The notes below the pieces were generated by a model. The model saw only the letters and a list, made by a program, of their open reading frames with translations. It was not told the origin of the DNA and made no database searches. DNA of 64,000 nucleotides from positions 999,834-1,063,833 of the forward strand of contig MU004189.1 in the NCBI GenBank assembly GCA_010093605.1, written 5' to 3'. The translations under genes were made by a program, and so were the position numbers. This DNA is from Lophium mytilinum. Taxonomy: Eukaryota. Position 1 is the stretch's first letter, and each line of letters begins with the position of its first letter. Of this stretch, positions 62,109 through 64,000 are shown piece by piece.

Positions 62109-63980
62109 ATGTTTTCCCGACTACATCTTCTTCCAAACTCAATCCTTCTCTCTTTCCTTCTCCAGAACATCGCCCATGTCTTGGCTGATCTATCTCCATA
62201 TTTCAGTGACAAGAAATTCGACAATGGCGAATACGGCTCTTACCCTATGCAGACTTTTCACTCCTCTGATATCGTAGCGCCGCGAATCAACATTCTTAGC
62301 TCGAGTTCACGATGTGACGACGGATCGTACATTCTAATAACTCCACGAGGTCATAGAGTTCCAGATGAAGCTCGGGGCCCAATGATCCTCGACCACCGAG
62401 GTGATCTAGTCTGGGCTGTGACTGGGTACGAGCAAACTTACGACTTGATGGTTCAGGAATACGCTGGCCAACAGTATTTAACATTCTGGGGCGGGAACGA
62501 TGCCATAGGTGGCCACGGTGCTGGTCATTACTATATGGTATGAAGACTTTCAAGCCTTCCCTTTCTTCGCTTCACTGGTCCATCATTACCTCCAGGTCAT
62601 TACAAGCCGTTATCGAACGATACAGCTAATACCAAGCAGATTGATTCAACTTACAAACAGACCAGCAAAGTTGGTGCCGCCTCCGGGATGGCTGCCGATC
62701 TCCACGAATTTCGCTTTACAGATGAAGGCACCGCTCTGATTACCGTGTACGATGTCCATCAAGTTGATCTCACATCGGTCGGAAAGTCAAAGGACGGATA
62801 TGTATGGGATAGTGTTGTGCAAGAGATCAACATTTACAACGGAGAACTACTCTTCCAATGGCGTGCGTCTGACCACTACAACGTCGTTGATTCCTTTCAT
62901 GACGTCGGAGACGAAGGAGCACAAGACACACCTTGGGACTTCTTCCACATTAACAGTATTGAGAAGGATCCCTGGGGCAACTATTTGGTATCATCGCGCT
63001 ACATGCACACCATCACATACATCAACGGTACCTCCGGATCCATCATCTGGAGACTCGGTGGCAAGCGCAACGATTTCAAAGACCTATCCAACGGTCGAGC
63101 AACAGACTTCACTTTCCAGCACGATGCACGATGGCACCATAACTACACCGTCATCAGTCTCTTTGATAACGGTGCTCAGTACCCAAGCCACGATGAGAAC
63201 GCACCATACAGTCGTGGAATGAAGATCGCTATTGACGACGAGAAGATGACTGCGCGACTAGTAACCGAATACATCAACCCAGAAAAGCTCCTCAGCTCGT
63301 CGCAAGGCAGTACTCAAGTCCTCCCAAACGGCAACGTGTTGGTTGGATATGGATACAACGGGGCCTTCACCGAATATGCTGCCAACGGCGATACATTATG
63401 CGATGCGCACTTCGGCTCCGCAAAGAGTTTCCACACTGGCGAAGTTCAAAGTTACCGCGCGATGAAATTCAACTGGACTGGCCGACCGAATACAAGACCT
63501 AGCATGGCGATCTTAGACGGGTCTGCGTATGTGAGCTGGAATGGAGCGACCGAAGTGCACCAGTGGGTGGTTGACAACTGCGATTATGAGGACGGAGAAG
63601 AAGAGTCATGGCGGCCTGTCATTAACGCCAAGAAGAACGGGTTTGAGACCATGATTCCTCTCAGCAAAGCTCTGGGGCCCTACATCAGAATTGCCGCCCT
63701 CGACAAAGCGGGCCGTACCATCAGCACCACTGAAACAGTTCCCTTCGACGGCGTGCGTATTTTCCAATCAGACGTGGCACCACTACTCTGCTAACTGCTT
63801 TTTTAGGAGACTGTGATACAGGAACTTCAGCTTACCAGCTCGAGTAGCAGGCCGATTGTACTTTTCATCGGGGTTCTCACCTGTGCTACCACTGCGATAG
63901 TCATCGGATGGGTGTTGAAGCGATTGCGCCGGCGGACGCATGTTCAGTATTCGAAGCTTGCGACGGCCACGATGATGTAG
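62109..63980 (+). CDS. Arylsulfotransferase (ASST)-family type I membrane protein
   Basis: Signal peptide, GPMILDHRGDLVW, DLHEF, WDFFHINSIEKD, FQHDAR, SSQGSTQVLPNGN and SYRAMKFNWTGRP. Introns 62538-62639 and 63753-63806. The last exon encodes TM IVLFIGVLTCATTAIVIGWVL and a basic tail. Confidence 0.9.
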
Positions 63981-64000
63981 CGGTGACATCCAAAAGCTTT

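Overview
Gene-dense genomic DNA from a filamentous ascomycete (Pezizomycotina): short GT-AG introns with CTAAC/CTGAC branch sites, and a Zn2Cys6 factor. Recognisable genes are RQC2/NEMF (runs off the left edge), an HExxH protein, a secreted Ser/Thr-rich protein, an F-box protein, a CE1-type esterase, a DUF4246 protein, peroxisomal alcohol oxidase, a divergent frataxin-like gene, alternative oxidase, a GNAT, a MUP1-like permease, an AsaB/CmcJ-like oxygenase, a type II HAD, a P450, a flavin-reductase-like protein, an FAD-linked oxidase and a membrane-anchored arylsulfotransferase. The most unusual observations are: (1) a three-gene CoA-dependent module (enoyl-CoA hydratase::acyl-CoA ligase fusion, hotdog thioesterase, Zn2Cys6 regulator; 34.8-39.2 kb) in which all three genes are independently broken; (2) a 57-aa gene missed by the ORF track, predicted to give a ~12-residue GPI-anchored glycopeptide; (3) a hairpin-dense candidate ncRNA at ~25.2-25.5 kb; (4) a frataxin homologue with an altered conserved motif and an apparent GC-AG intron. 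Also present are a MITE-like element, a pogo-like remnant and a 60-64 bp minisatellite. All calls come from manual reading and motif recognition; no searches were run.
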